Assembly (NCBI GenBank): GCA_021774255.1
Contig: JAJFJF010000010.1
Span: 3,947-67,946 of the forward strand
DNA length: 64,000 bases
Reading direction: 5' to 3'
DNA from: Gammaproteobacteria bacterium
GTDB taxonomy: Bacteria > Pseudomonadota > Gammaproteobacteria > JAJFJF01
Shown here: one piece after another, positions 42,837 to 52,348 of the stretch
Layout: the number at the start of each line of letters is the position of its first letter
How positions within the stretch are numbered: the stretch's first letter is position 1
Position numbers and translations under genes: made by a program
Notes under the pieces: model-generated
Database searches by the model: none
What the model was told of the DNA's origin: nothing
Seen by the model: the letters and a program-made list of their open reading frames with translations, nothing else

Positions 42837-43230
42837 CCCAAAATCCCATGGCTTTCGCCGAAAAAAACCGGCCAACTGGCGACCTGTTATGAAAGGCGAT
42901 AGTATATTTTTCTTTACCCTGAATAGATAGTCAAGGAAGCTGTGGAAAAACACATAGTTTTCTGTGGATAACTTATCCACTCATGTTATTCACTGGCTAT
43001 CCCCAGCTGTTCCCATCACACTCCCCTTGCTAATCCACAGTTTAAAAATCTCCCAACCTATTAATAAAAAAAGATTTTTATAAGATACCCCCTGAACAGG
43101 CTCTCTCTTATCATCATCATTACTCTTAAATTTATATTATTATAATTATATATATAGGCTGTGGATGGATTGACAAATTTCAAGCAATCTCGTATTCTGC
43201 CTTCCTTTGTAAAGCCACCAAGACCAGCAA
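42837..43230. promoter_or_regulatory. Candidate oriC and dnaA/rpmH promoter region: DnaA boxes TGTGGATAA (42964-42972), TTATCCAC(T) (42975-42983), TAATCCACA (about 43031) and TGTGGATGG (about 43160), plus an AT-rich DUE-like tract (43120-43160)
   Basis: Boxes read directly. The position between divergent dnaA and rpmH is the usual oriC location in Pseudomonas- and Legionella-type chromosomes. Confidence 0.55.
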
Positions 43231-43365
43231 ATGAAAAGAACATTTCAACCCAGTAAAATAAAGCGCAAACGCACTCACGGTTTTCGCGCACGGATGGCAA
43301 CAAAAGCCGGTCAACGTATTCTTAAAAGCCGTCGAGCAAAAGGCCGCGCGCGATTATCGGCGTAA
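43231..43365 (+). CDS. rpmH: 50S ribosomal protein L34
   Basis: [44 protein letters not shown], 44 aa. Not in the ORF track because it is under 60 aa. Confidence 0.95.
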   Translation: MKRTFQPSKIKRKRTHGFRARMATKAGQRILKSRRAKGRARLSA

Positions 43366-43397
43366 CCCCTCCTTATTCATTAGCATTCCCTAAGCGA

Positions 43398-43727
43398 ATG
43401 CATTTGCTTCGCCCTAAAGACTTTCGAGCGGTCTTTCAATCTGCCCGAAAAGCCCGCGCCTATGGTATTATCTTCCTCTTTCGTCCCAATGACGTAGGTT
43501 ATCCGCGCTTAGGGTTTGCGGTGGCAAAAAAGCATATACCGACGGCGATTGGACGTAATAAGCTAAAACGTCGGGTCCGTGAAAGCTTTCGTTTACAAGC
43601 CAGCACACTGCCCGCGATTGATTTGGTCGTGCTTAGCCAAAAGGGGATCGATGATTTTGATAAAACAGAAACCTGGCGATGTTTAAACAAGGTCTGGCAA
43701 AAATGTCTTCAGCAATGCGAACAGTGA
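43398..43727 (+). CDS. rnpA: RNase P protein component
   Basis: RLGFAVAKKHIPTAIGRNKLKRRVRESFR is the RnpA RNR-like motif. Follows rpmH. Confidence 0.85.
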   Translation: MHLLRPKDFRAVFQSARKARAYGIIFLFRPNDVGYPRLGFAVAKKHIPTAIGRNKLKRRVRESFRLQASTLPAIDLVVLSQKGIDDFDKTETWRCLNKVWQKCLQQCEQ

Positions 43728-43945
43728 TGATTGGGGTGATCCGCTTCTATCGCTATTGCATTAGCCCGTTGATGGCCCCGCATTGCCGTTTTGAGCCCAC
43801 GTGCTCGCGTTATGCCCAAGATGCCCTGACTGAGCACGGTGTGTTGCGTGGCATGATGTTTAGTTTGCGCCGACTTTCTCGATGCCATCCCTGGCACGAA
43901 GGCGGTTTTGATCCTGTACCTGAAACCAAGAAGAAAATAACATAA
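43679..43945 (+). CDS. yidD: Membrane protein insertion efficiency factor YidD
   Basis: IRFYRYCISPLMAPHCRFEPTCSRYAQDAL is the YidD signature. The real start is probably an internal Met, since this ORF overlaps rnpA. Confidence 0.8.
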   Translation: MFKQGLAKMSSAMRTVMIGVIRFYRYCISPLMAPHCRFEPTCSRYAQDALTEHGVLRGMMFSLRRLSRCHPWHEGGFDPVPETKKKIT

Positions 43946-45651
43946 TGGATTTTCAACGTATTCTCCCTTTGGCCGCTTTTGCCTTAATTTGTTTACTTTT
44001 GTGGGACGCGTGGAAGCAATATCATGCGCCGCCACCCGTAGCGCCTGGCGCGGCGGTTGCGGCCGATGTCGCGACAGAAACGTATCGAGAATCTTCTCCC
44101 GATGTGCCGCAAGCGCCAATCGCATCCGCGGATGTGCCAAGCGCGACAGGCGGAACCGATATCCCGCAACCCGAGCAAGTCACGAACATACCTGCAACAC
44201 GCATTATACAAGCTGAAACCGACACCTTGATTGTGGACATCGATACATTAGGGGGCGATGTAGTGGGGGTGCGATTAAAGCAATATCCCGTGTCGGTGAA
44301 TGAGCCTAATGTACCGTTTACCCTGCTAGAAAGTGATAACCAGCGCGAATACATTGCGCAAAGTGGCTTGATTGGACAAGATGGTCCAGACGCCAACCCT
44401 GATGGCCGGCCACAATATCACGTGGAGCAGAAACGCTTTTTGCTTTCTGAATACGAAGATTGCCTGCAAGTACCGCTTTATTGGGAAGACGGTAACGGCG
44501 TCAGCGTGACGAAAATATTTACCTTACCGCGCGGCACCAGCGTGATGACGGTAGATTATAAGATTGAAAACAACAGTAGCGAATTGTGGTCTTCGCGCAT
44601 GTACGGTCAATTGAAGCGCGATAACAGCTCTGATCCAAGCTCCATGGAAGGCATGTTTGCCATGCGCAGTTATTTAGGCCCTGCGTACTCTACACAAGAC
44701 ACGCCGTATAAAAAATACAAGTTCGGCGACATGGTGAAGGCGAATCTGCAAAATGAAACAGTAGGCGGCTGGGTCGCGATGCTGCAGCATTATTTTATCA
44801 GTGCGTGGGTGCCTAACGCGGATGACATCAACAACCTCTATACCAGTACCTTACCAGGGCCGCTTTATGTGATTGGTTTTTGGGGGCCGGGTGTGCATGT
44901 TTACCCCGGTGAGCAAAAACAAGTCAGTGCGCAACTTTATGCTGGCCCTAAAGTACAAAAAGAACTGAAAGAAGTTGCCGAGAATTTAAACCTCACGGTT
45001 GATTACGGGTTTTTATTCTTTCTCGCGCAGCCATTGTTTTGGTTGCTCGATGCCATTCACTCCGTTGTTAAAAACTGGGGTTGGGCGATTATCTTTTTAA
45101 CGTTATTGATTAAACTCGCATTTTATAAGCTATCCGCCACCAGTTATCGTTCAATGGCGAGAATGCGCCAGTTGCAACCGCGTGTGCTGTCGTTAAAAGA
45201 ACGTTACGGTGATGATCGGCAAGGCATGAGCCGCGCGATGATGGATCTCTATAAGAAAGAGAAAATTAATCCATTAGGCGGCTGTTTACCGATATTAATT
45301 CAGATCCCCGTGTTTATTGCGCTGTATTGGGTCTTGCTCGAGAGTGTCGAGCTGCGCCAAGCGCCGTTTATGTTGTGGATAAAAGATTTATCCTTGCGCG
45401 ATCCGTATTTTATTCTGCCAGTGCTAATGGGCTTAAGTATGTTTGTGCAGCAGCGCTTAAACCCAACGCCTCCTGATCCGATGCAAGCGAAGATCATGGC
45501 CTTTTTGCCATTCCTCTTTACGATATTCTTCTTGTTCTTCCCGGCCGGTTTGGTGCTTTACTGGGTGGTCAACAACTTGCTTTCCATTCTGCAGCAGTGG
45601 TATATCACCAAGAAAATTGAGCAACAGCCTAAGCATAAAGCTAAGAAGTAA
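43945..45651 (+). CDS. yidC: Membrane protein insertase YidC
   Basis: 568 aa. N-terminal TM, large periplasmic domain, and the C-terminal five-TM core with LLPFLFTIFFLFFPAGLVLYW. Confidence 0.9.
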   Translation: MDFQRILPLAAFALICLLLWDAWKQYHAPPPVAPGAAVAADVATETYRESSPDVPQAPIASADVPSATGGTDIPQPEQVTNIPATRIIQAETDTLIVDIDTLGGDVVGVRLKQYPVSVNEPNVPFTLLESDNQREYIAQSGLIGQDGPDANPDGRPQYHVEQKRFLLSEYEDCLQVPLYWEDGNGVSVTKIFTLPRGTSVMTVDYKIENNSSELWSSRMYGQLKRDNSSDPSSMEGMFAMRSYLGPAYSTQDTPYKKYKFGDMVKANLQNETVGGWVAMLQHYFISAWVPNADDINNLYTSTLPGPLYVIGFWGPGVHVYPGEQKQVSAQLYAGPKVQKELKEVAENLNLTVDYGFLFFLAQPLFWLLDAIHSVVKNWGWAIIFLTLLIKLAFYKLSATSYRSMARMRQLQPRVLSLKERYGDDRQGMSRAMMDLYKKEKINPLGGCLPILIQIPVFIALYWVLLESVELRQAPFMLWIKDLSLRDPYFILPVLMGLSMFVQQRLNPTPPDPMQAKIMAFLPFLFTIFFLFFPAGLVLYWVVNNLLSILQQWYITKKIEQQPKHKAKK

Positions 45652-45697
45652 AGTTTGAGGTAATCGTTTACCGGGGCACTCAACCTTCTGTACCTGT

Positions 45698-45732
45698 TGT
45701 AGGGGCAGCCACCCGCGGCTGCCCAGGTGACA
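45698..45732. repeat. Hairpin repeat family 2: TGTAGGGGCAGCC-ACCCGC-GGCTGCCCAGGTGACA, with a second copy at 58950-58984
   Basis: Two copies, about 30 of 35 nt identical, each with an 8-9 bp GC stem. Intergenic (yidC-mnmE), and in the 5' leader of the DUF1499 gene. Confidence 0.65.
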
Positions 45733-45760
45733 AGTGATAGGAGTAGTCAAACACGTTGCT

Positions 45761-47122
45761 ATGAATAACCAAACCACAATCACCGCCATTGCCACCCCCG
45801 CTGGTCGTGGCGGTGTCAGTATTATTCGTGTGTCAGGTCCTAAAGCTAAAGACATTGCTGCTGATATTTTCAATAAACCATTACCGCCTCGCCTTGCCCA
45901 ACATGGGGCCTTTCTTGATAAAGAGGGGGAGACTATTGATTTAGGCCTTGCCTTATTTTTCCCTGGCCCCCATTCATTCACTGGCGAAGATGTCGTAGAG
46001 CTCCACGGGCACGGTGGGCCTGTCATTACCGATGTATTGCTTCAACGCGTATTGGCATTAGGCGCGCAATTAGCCCGCCCGGGTGAGTTTTCTGAGCGTG
46101 CTTTTCTAAACGATAAAATTGATTTGGCACAGGCTGAAGCGATTGCGGATTTAATTGATAGTAGCTCCACACAAGCCGCACGCGCCGCCATGCGCTCACT
46201 GCAAGGCGTGTTTTCAAGCAAAGTGAAAGCAATACTCGCTCAGCTCATCAAGCTTCGGGTTTATATTGAAGCGGCAATCGACTTTCCGGAAGAAGAAATC
46301 GATTTTCTGGCGGATGATAATATTAATAAGTCACTTGCTGAGATAATCGATGCGACCAGCAATCTGCTAAAAGAAGCAGGCCAGGGCGTGTTATTAAAAG
46401 AAGGGTTGCAGGTCGTGATCGCCGGCCCACCCAATGCCGGTAAATCCAGCTTATTAAATTGCCTGGCGGGTTATGATTCAGCGATTGTGACGTCTATCCC
46501 CGGCACCACACGCGATGTATTAAAAGAAAACATCCACATTGACGGTTTGCCACTTCATATTATTGACACAGCCGGCTTGCACAGCAGCAGCGATGAAGTG
46601 GAACAAGAAGGTATGCGTCGTGCAGAAAAAGCAATTGCTCAAGCCGATCTTGTGTTATTGCTTTGTGATATTTCGCAATCAGCGATCACCGCGCCTCAGC
46701 AGATCTGGGAAAACTTTGATATTGCATTACCTGAAAACACACCGATCATTATCGTACAAAATAAAATCGATCTCACAAACGACGAACCCGTGCTAAATAC
46801 AACGCAAACACATCCCACCATAAAACTATCCGTTAAAACCAATCAGGGTATCGACTTACTGAAACAACAACTCAAAGAATATGCCGGTTATCAAAGCGAT
46901 AGTGCCGGTGATTTTAGTGCTCGCCGCCGTCACCTTGACGCATTAACTGAAGCGAAAAAATCCCTCCTCACTGGCCAACAACAACTTGAACAACACAAAG
47001 CAGGCGAACTGCTCGCTGAAGATCTCCGCAGTGCCCAACAAGCGCTAGGCAAAATCACTGGCGACTACACCGCTGACGATCTTCTCGGTGAAATCTTCAG
47101 TAGTTTTTGTATTGGTAAGTGA
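45761..47122 (+). CDS. mnmE: tRNA modification GTPase MnmE
   Basis: TIAAIATPAGRGGVSIIRVSGP N-terminus, G-domain GPPNAGKSSLLN, and C-terminal CIGK. Confidence 0.9.
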   Translation: MNNQTTITAIATPAGRGGVSIIRVSGPKAKDIAADIFNKPLPPRLAQHGAFLDKEGETIDLGLALFFPGPHSFTGEDVVELHGHGGPVITDVLLQRVLALGAQLARPGEFSERAFLNDKIDLAQAEAIADLIDSSSTQAARAAMRSLQGVFSSKVKAILAQLIKLRVYIEAAIDFPEEEIDFLADDNINKSLAEIIDATSNLLKEAGQGVLLKEGLQVVIAGPPNAGKSSLLNCLAGYDSAIVTSIPGTTRDVLKENIHIDGLPLHIIDTAGLHSSSDEVEQEGMRRAEKAIAQADLVLLLCDISQSAITAPQQIWENFDIALPENTPIIIVQNKIDLTNDEPVLNTTQTHPTIKLSVKTNQGIDLLKQQLKEYAGYQSDSAGDFSARRRHLDALTEAKKSLLTGQQQLEQHKAGELLAEDLRSAQQALGKITGDYTADDLLGEIFSSFCIGK

Positions 47123-47354
47123 AAAGATTTAAACCTTATTTTCATTTTCTATGTTTACTATTTCTATTTTATTATCGCTTTGTGTTTTTTCCAGAAATAC
47201 AAGCTGTGTGGAAAAAATACTGGAAAAAGAAGGAGAATGTTCAAACGATACTTTTCTTGTTTTTTAGAGAAGGCTGTTAGCGTGGTGTTTTTTATGGGGA
47301 TTATTTCAATGGCATGTGTTTTTTATAAAATATTGGCTTAGAGGTAGTGTAAAT

Positions 47355-47468
47355 ATGAAGAAAGAAGATGATTTTAAAGAATCTAAAGATAAAGATAGGG
47401 ATAGTGAGCTTAAAAAAGGGCTTGGAGAGCTAGCAGGGATCCTTAAGAAGATAAAAAAAAAGAAATAA
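47355..47468 (+). CDS. Possible 37 aa Lys/Glu-rich small protein (MKKEDDFKESKDKDRDSELKKGLGELAGILKKIKKKK)
   Basis: GAGG RBS 9 nt upstream of the ATG. Lies in an AT-rich tract between mnmE and the AbiEi-like gene. Speculative. Confidence 0.2.
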   Translation: MKKEDDFKESKDKDRDSELKKGLGELAGILKKIKKKK

Positions 47469-47470
47469 GG

Positions 47471-48079
47471 CTATTTTTTATGGTATCGCTGATAATGAAA
47501 AAAAGAATTTGCCATCCATGCAGGCATATATTTTTTCGAATTTAATACCTGATTAAACTGTTTTTTAGTTAATTTCTTTTCAATTGTCTCAATTGTTTTG
47601 GGTGTTACGTTGTTCTTACCTAAATACCATAGAGCGGATAAAACACTTCCTGCTACTGTACCAGCTAAAGCTAGTTTTTTGTGGCTGATGTGCTTAAGGG
47701 TGATCGTTAAGTTTTTAGATTTAATTTGGCGGCTATTTCCGGAAGTATAGAAAATGGGGCGCACAGGTGTTTGTGTTGTCAGGCTCAGCCTACGTGCTGC
47801 TTCTGCACCATGTATCGCAATGGTTTCACCGGTTAAATTGGCAACTGTTTCCGCTATTTCTTGAGTGCTCGGCATTATTTCACCAACATGAGAAATTTGT
47901 TTAGGACGCACAAATATTCCACGAGATACGCGGGCGATCTCATTATTTTTCACCATCCTAGATAAAATCTGACGCACATTATCTGCCAAGCCAAGGTGGC
48001 GTAAGCTTGATGCGTGGAATGGCTTTCCTTCTGGCGTTCGTTTAATTTGTTCTCGTATTTTCTGAAAGACTGTTGACAT
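47471..48079 (-). CDS. AbiEi_4/DUF6088-like winged-helix protein (type IV TA antitoxin-like transcriptional regulator), with no adjacent AbiEii toxin
   Basis: GKPFHASSLRHLGLADNVRQILSRMVKNNEIARVSRGIFVRP fits the AbiEi_4 pattern F..DL..LG....V.Q.LSRLVK.G.I.RV.RG.Y..P. The ATG at 48079 has a GAGAAA RBS. Confidence 0.5.
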   Translation of the reverse strand: MSTVFQKIREQIKRTPEGKPFHASSLRHLGLADNVRQILSRMVKNNEIARVSRGIFVRPKQISHVGEIMPSTQEIAETVANLTGETIAIHGAEAARRLSLTTQTPVRPIFYTSGNSRQIKSKNLTITLKHISHKKLALAGTVAGSVLSALWYLGKNNVTPKTIETIEKKLTKKQFNQVLNSKKYMPAWMANSFFHYQRYHKK

Positions 48080-48093
48080 GACTTTTCTCAATA

Positions 48094-48124
48094 TTGTCAC
48101 GTATTATATAAAAAAATGTGACAA
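48094..48124. promoter_or_regulatory. Inverted repeat TTGTCAC-N17-GTGACAA enclosing a perfect TATAAT (minus-strand sense), overlapping the AbiEi-like gene promoter; putative autoregulatory operator
   Basis: Read directly. The reverse complement of the spacer is ATTTTTTTATATAATAC. Confidence 0.5.
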
Positions 48125-48196
48125 CATAAAATAGCACTAGCATAAAATGTGTTTGTTTCATAAAGATTTTTATAATAAATACTCTGCGTGAGGGTA

Positions 48197-48229
48197 TTGA
48201 CTAAATTTAGTCAATGACCATTGACTAAA
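48197..48229. promoter_or_regulatory. 18 bp perfect palindrome TTGACTAAATTTAGTCAA plus a third half-site TTGACTAAA 7 nt downstream
   Basis: Read directly. Lies in the divergent region between the AbiEi-like gene and the MFS transporter gene. Confidence 0.5.
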
Positions 48230-48469
48230 AATTGAATTGATAAAAAATAGCTGCCTGAGAGTACTTTCCAGGCGCCCCCTGGAGCGCCATTCAACGTGGC
48301 CCCATAATCTGACAAGTCAAAAGCAACAGCAGATGGCAGGGGATGCAGGCTCCTGAAATGGGCGCATTTGAGGCCAAAAAGTAAGATATACTTTGTGTTT
48401 TTCAGCCAAGTCTTGAGCGAGAAACAAACGGTGATGGCCTTAAATACCAAGCTTGCAAATACTTAATAA

Positions 48470-49690
48470 ATGACATCACAAAAAGTTCAAATCATTTTCC
48501 TCGTCTGCCTATTAATCGCTGCAGGGCAAATCAGTATCAGCTTATATTTACCTTCCTTGCCGGCCATTGCTGAAGCATTGGGTGGTGATCCGCGCATGAG
48601 CCAACTAACCTTGGCGTTATTTCTCTTGGGGTTTGCGAGCTCACAGCTCGTGTATGGGCCGCTCTCTGATGTGTTGGGTCGACAAAAATTAATCTTGATT
48701 GGTCTGGCTATTTTTATTGTGGGCTCTGCTGTCTGCGCACTCTCCACAAAGATGGAAGGGCTTTTTATTGGCCGCTTAATACAGGGGTTAGGCATTGGTG
48801 CAGGCTCTGTGCTGGCGCGCGCCGTGTTACGTGATGTGTTTACCGGGCCGCAATTTTCAAAGGCCATGTCTTATGTGGCTGTTTCTATTGCCTTGATGCC
48901 GTTTTTGGGCCCGGTGATCGGTGGCTACATTCAAGATTGGGTAGGTTGGCGTGGAAATTTTGCAGGCTTATTGATACTGGGTTCAGTCACGCTGCTTCTA
49001 CAATGGCGTTTTTTACCGGAAACCAACCCGGTGAAGCGTGAGCAGCGCGCTCAAATAAGCGCACGCAACATCTTGCGGGATTTTGCCTGGTTTTTAAAAA
49101 ACCGCAATTATATGGCCTATGCCGCCTGTGCCATTTTAGGCTTTGGTTGCATGATTGCACTGATGTCATCCATTCCTTTTTTCTATCAAGAATATCTTGG
49201 TCTATCTGCCACCACGCATGGCTGGCTCAGTGGCGCAAAAGCATTAGCCTTTTTAATAGGCGCAGGTTTATCGGGTAGGCTCGCGTCATACCGTGGTGTG
49301 CAATTCCCAGTGGGGTTAGGTCTTAGTTTCTTGTTGGCAGGTAGCGCGGTGTTTTGTATGGTCGCTATTTTTATGGATTTAAGCATTTTTGCGATTTTAC
49401 TACCCGGCATGATAATGATGCTGGGAGTGGGCATGTTGTTCCCCAATGCGTTAGCGGGGGCGTTGATGCCTTTTCCTGAAAAAGCCGGCACGGCAGCTGC
49501 ATTGCTTGGCTTTTTGCAAATGCTGATCTCCGGCGCGGTCAGCGCGGTGGTGGCCATATTACCAGAAGTGACCTTATTCCCTGTTGCCATTGTTTTGCTG
49601 GTGATGTCGCTGTTTGCTTACACGATTTTCTTCCGCTTTGTGCCAACATTGAAGCTAGAAAGTATAACCACATCAAGATTTGACCCCTGA
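48470..49690 (+). CDS. MFS drug efflux transporter, Bcr/CflA family
   Basis: 12 TM helices, 406 aa. The N-terminal region LPSLPAIAEALGGDPRMSQLTLALFLLGFASSQLVYGPLSD is Bcr/CflA-like. Confidence 0.75.
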   Translation: MTSQKVQIIFLVCLLIAAGQISISLYLPSLPAIAEALGGDPRMSQLTLALFLLGFASSQLVYGPLSDVLGRQKLILIGLAIFIVGSAVCALSTKMEGLFIGRLIQGLGIGAGSVLARAVLRDVFTGPQFSKAMSYVAVSIALMPFLGPVIGGYIQDWVGWRGNFAGLLILGSVTLLLQWRFLPETNPVKREQRAQISARNILRDFAWFLKNRNYMAYAACAILGFGCMIALMSSIPFFYQEYLGLSATTHGWLSGAKALAFLIGAGLSGRLASYRGVQFPVGLGLSFLLAGSAVFCMVAIFMDLSIFAILLPGMIMMLGVGMLFPNALAGALMPFPEKAGTAAALLGFLQMLISGAVSAVVAILPEVTLFPVAIVLLVMSLFAYTIFFRFVPTLKLESITTSRFDP

Positions 49691-49803
49691 GATTTTGCGT
49701 TGTGAGTATGTATACTGCGTAGATCAATTTTTTAGACCTTGGCCTGAAAGGGCTTGATAAAATAAATAATTAAATCAACGCATTAAAGGCATTGTTTCTA
49801 TTC

Positions 49804-51693
49804 ATGGCGAGCGATTCTACATTCGATGTCATCATAGTCGGGGGCGGGCATGCCGGCACTGAAGCCGCGCTGGCCGCGGCGCGCACGGGCGCGCGCACGC
49901 TATTGCTCACCCATAACATCGACACACTTGGCCAGATGTCTTGTAACCCTTCCATCGGCGGCATTGGCAAGGGCCATTTAGTCAAAGAAATCGATGCGCT
50001 GGGCGGCGTGATGGCGCACGCCATTGATCATGCCGGGATCCATTTTCGCATGCTCAATGCCCGCAAAGGGCCGGCGGTGCGTGCCACGCGCGCACAAGCC
50101 GATCGCGTGCTCTACAAACAATTTATTCGGCACACGCTTGAAAACCAGCCTAACTTGCACATTTTCCAACAAGGTGTGGACGATCTTATTGTTGAAAACG
50201 ATCGCGCCGTGGGAGTGGTCACACAAATAGGGTTGAAGTTTCGCGCAGCAGCCGTTGTCTTAACCGTCGGGACTTTTTTAGGCGGTAAAATTCATATTGG
50301 TTTTGATAATTATCAAGGCGGCCGCGCAGGCGACCCACCCGCGAACACCTTGGCAACAAGATTGCGAGCGCTACCGTTTCGTGTGGAACGTTTAAAAACA
50401 GGCACGCCGCCACGACTTGATGGCCGCTCAGTTGATTTTAGCAAATTACAAGCACAGCCTGGCGACACACCGCTGCCAGTCGTTTCCTATTTAGGCTCCG
50501 CGGAACAGCACCCAGAGCAAGTGTTGTGCTATATCACACGCACTAATCAAAAAACGCACGACATCATTCGGGCCGCGTTAGATCGTTCACCACTTTACAC
50601 TGGCAAAATTGAAGGCGCTGGCCCGCGCTACTGCCCGTCGATCGAAGACAAAGTCGTGCGCTTTGCTGAGCGCGATAGCCACCAAATTTTTGTGGAGCCT
50701 GAAGGGCTAGACACACATGAGCTTTACCCTAATGGCATTTCAACCAGCTTGCCATTTGATGTGCAAGTTGAGCTGGTGCGCAGCATCGAGGGTTTTGAAA
50801 AAGCGCATATTACGCGCCCTGGTTATGCGATCGAATATGACTTTTTTGATCCGCGTGAATTAAAATCCAGCCTTGAAACCAAATTAATGCCCGGTTTGTT
50901 TTTTGCAGGCCAAATCAATGGCACCACAGGCTACGAAGAAGCGGCGGCGCAAGGTTTATTGGCAGGCCTTAACGCGGCACGTTTAGCACAAGATAAAGAA
51001 GCATGGACACCGAGCCGAAGCCAGGCTTATTTAGGCGTATTAGTCGATGACCTATTAACACAAGGCACCCTGGAGCCTTATCGTATGTTTACCAGTCGCG
51101 CGGAGCATCGCTTGTTGTTGCGCGAAGACAATGCAGATTTGCGTTTAACAGAAATCGGGCATGAGTTGGGGCTTGTCGGTGAGGCGCGTTTTAACGCGCT
51201 CATGACAAAGCGCGAAGCCATCGAAAAAGAAAAGCAGCGTTTAAAAACCACGGTCGTGCATCCAGACACGCCGGCAGGGGTTGCGGTCGGCAGCCTGTTA
51301 GAGAAACCACTGTCGCGAGAATATAATGTGGCAGAATTGTTAAAACGACCCGAGCTTAACCATGAGAAAATGATGGCCATTGATGCGCTGGGTCTTGGTG
51401 GCGAAGCGGTTGACGCTAGCGTTGCGACGCAAGTCGAAGTGCAAATAAAATATGCAGGTTATATTGCACGGCAGGAAGAAGATATTGTGCGCCAGCAGCG
51501 TTATGAAGAAACGCTCTTGCCTGAAAGCGTGAATTACGAAGAAGTAAAAGGCTTGTCGAATGAGGTTCGTGAAAAACTCATGACATTAAAGCCGGCCAAT
51601 ATTGGTGTGGCCACGCGCATTCCGGGGGTGACGCCCGCGGCGATTTCATTATTATTAATTCATTTGAAAAAACAGAAGCACGCAGCATTATGA
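49804..51693 (+). CDS. mnmG: tRNA uridine-5-carboxymethylaminomethyl modification enzyme MnmG (GidA)
   Basis: [24 protein letters not shown] motif, about 630 aa. Confidence 0.95.
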   Translation: MASDSTFDVIIVGGGHAGTEAALAAARTGARTLLLTHNIDTLGQMSCNPSIGGIGKGHLVKEIDALGGVMAHAIDHAGIHFRMLNARKGPAVRATRAQADRVLYKQFIRHTLENQPNLHIFQQGVDDLIVENDRAVGVVTQIGLKFRAAAVVLTVGTFLGGKIHIGFDNYQGGRAGDPPANTLATRLRALPFRVERLKTGTPPRLDGRSVDFSKLQAQPGDTPLPVVSYLGSAEQHPEQVLCYITRTNQKTHDIIRAALDRSPLYTGKIEGAGPRYCPSIEDKVVRFAERDSHQIFVEPEGLDTHELYPNGISTSLPFDVQVELVRSIEGFEKAHITRPGYAIEYDFFDPRELKSSLETKLMPGLFFAGQINGTTGYEEAAAQGLLAGLNAARLAQDKEAWTPSRSQAYLGVLVDDLLTQGTLEPYRMFTSRAEHRLLLREDNADLRLTEIGHELGLVGEARFNALMTKREAIEKEKQRLKTTVVHPDTPAGVAVGSLLEKPLSREYNVAELLKRPELNHEKMMAIDALGLGGEAVDASVATQVEVQIKYAGYIARQEEDIVRQQRYEETLLPESVNYEEVKGLSNEVREKLMTLKPANIGVATRIPGVTPAAISLLLIHLKKQKHAAL

Positions 51694-52340
51694 GTGACGT
51701 TAACCAAGAAGAACATCAAGAAATTGATAGGCAGCTCATCAAAGGTTTAGAGGCGGCAGGGTTGAAATATCCGCCCTCGCTGCGGCAGAAAATCATCGTG
51801 TACATTGCCTTGATGATTAAATGGAACCGGTCTTTTAATTTGACCTCGGTGCGCCAACCCAAAGATATTATTCCGCGACACATTTTAGATAGCTTATCGA
51901 TCTTACCGTTCTTGACAGGCAAGCGGGTACTAGATGTGGGCAGTGGCGCCGGTTTGCCGGGTATTCCGTTATCTATCTTTTCGCCAGAGCACCACTTTGT
52001 GTTAATCGATAGCCGCAATAAAAAAACACGTTTTTTATTACAAGCCCGACAAGCGTTGAACTTAAACAATGTAGAAGTGATCAATCAGTGTGTTGAAGAT
52101 TACCAAGCAGAAGCCCCTTTTGATTGTATTATGGCCAGGGCCTTCAGTGATGTGCCCACCTTGCTGCAAAAAACAGAGCATCTGAGTACCCGGGGCACGC
52201 GCTTTTTAATCATGAAAGGTGCCTATCCAAGAGCAGAGCTGGTAGACTTGCCCACAGGTTTTACGGTGCAAGAAGTCAAGCCACTGATGGTGCCAGGCTT
52301 ACAAGCTGAGCGTCATGTGGTGATTGTGACGCGAGATTAA
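51690..52340 (+). CDS. rsmG: 16S rRNA (guanine527-N7)-methyltransferase RsmG (GidB)
   Basis: Overlaps the mnmG stop. [18 protein letters not shown] motif. Confidence 0.9.
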   Translation: MSDVNQEEHQEIDRQLIKGLEAAGLKYPPSLRQKIIVYIALMIKWNRSFNLTSVRQPKDIIPRHILDSLSILPFLTGKRVLDVGSGAGLPGIPLSIFSPEHHFVLIDSRNKKTRFLLQARQALNLNNVEVINQCVEDYQAEAPFDCIMARAFSDVPTLLQKTEHLSTRGTRFLIMKGAYPRAELVDLPTGFTVQEVKPLMVPGLQAERHVVIVTRD

Positions 52341-52348
52341 TTGAGATT

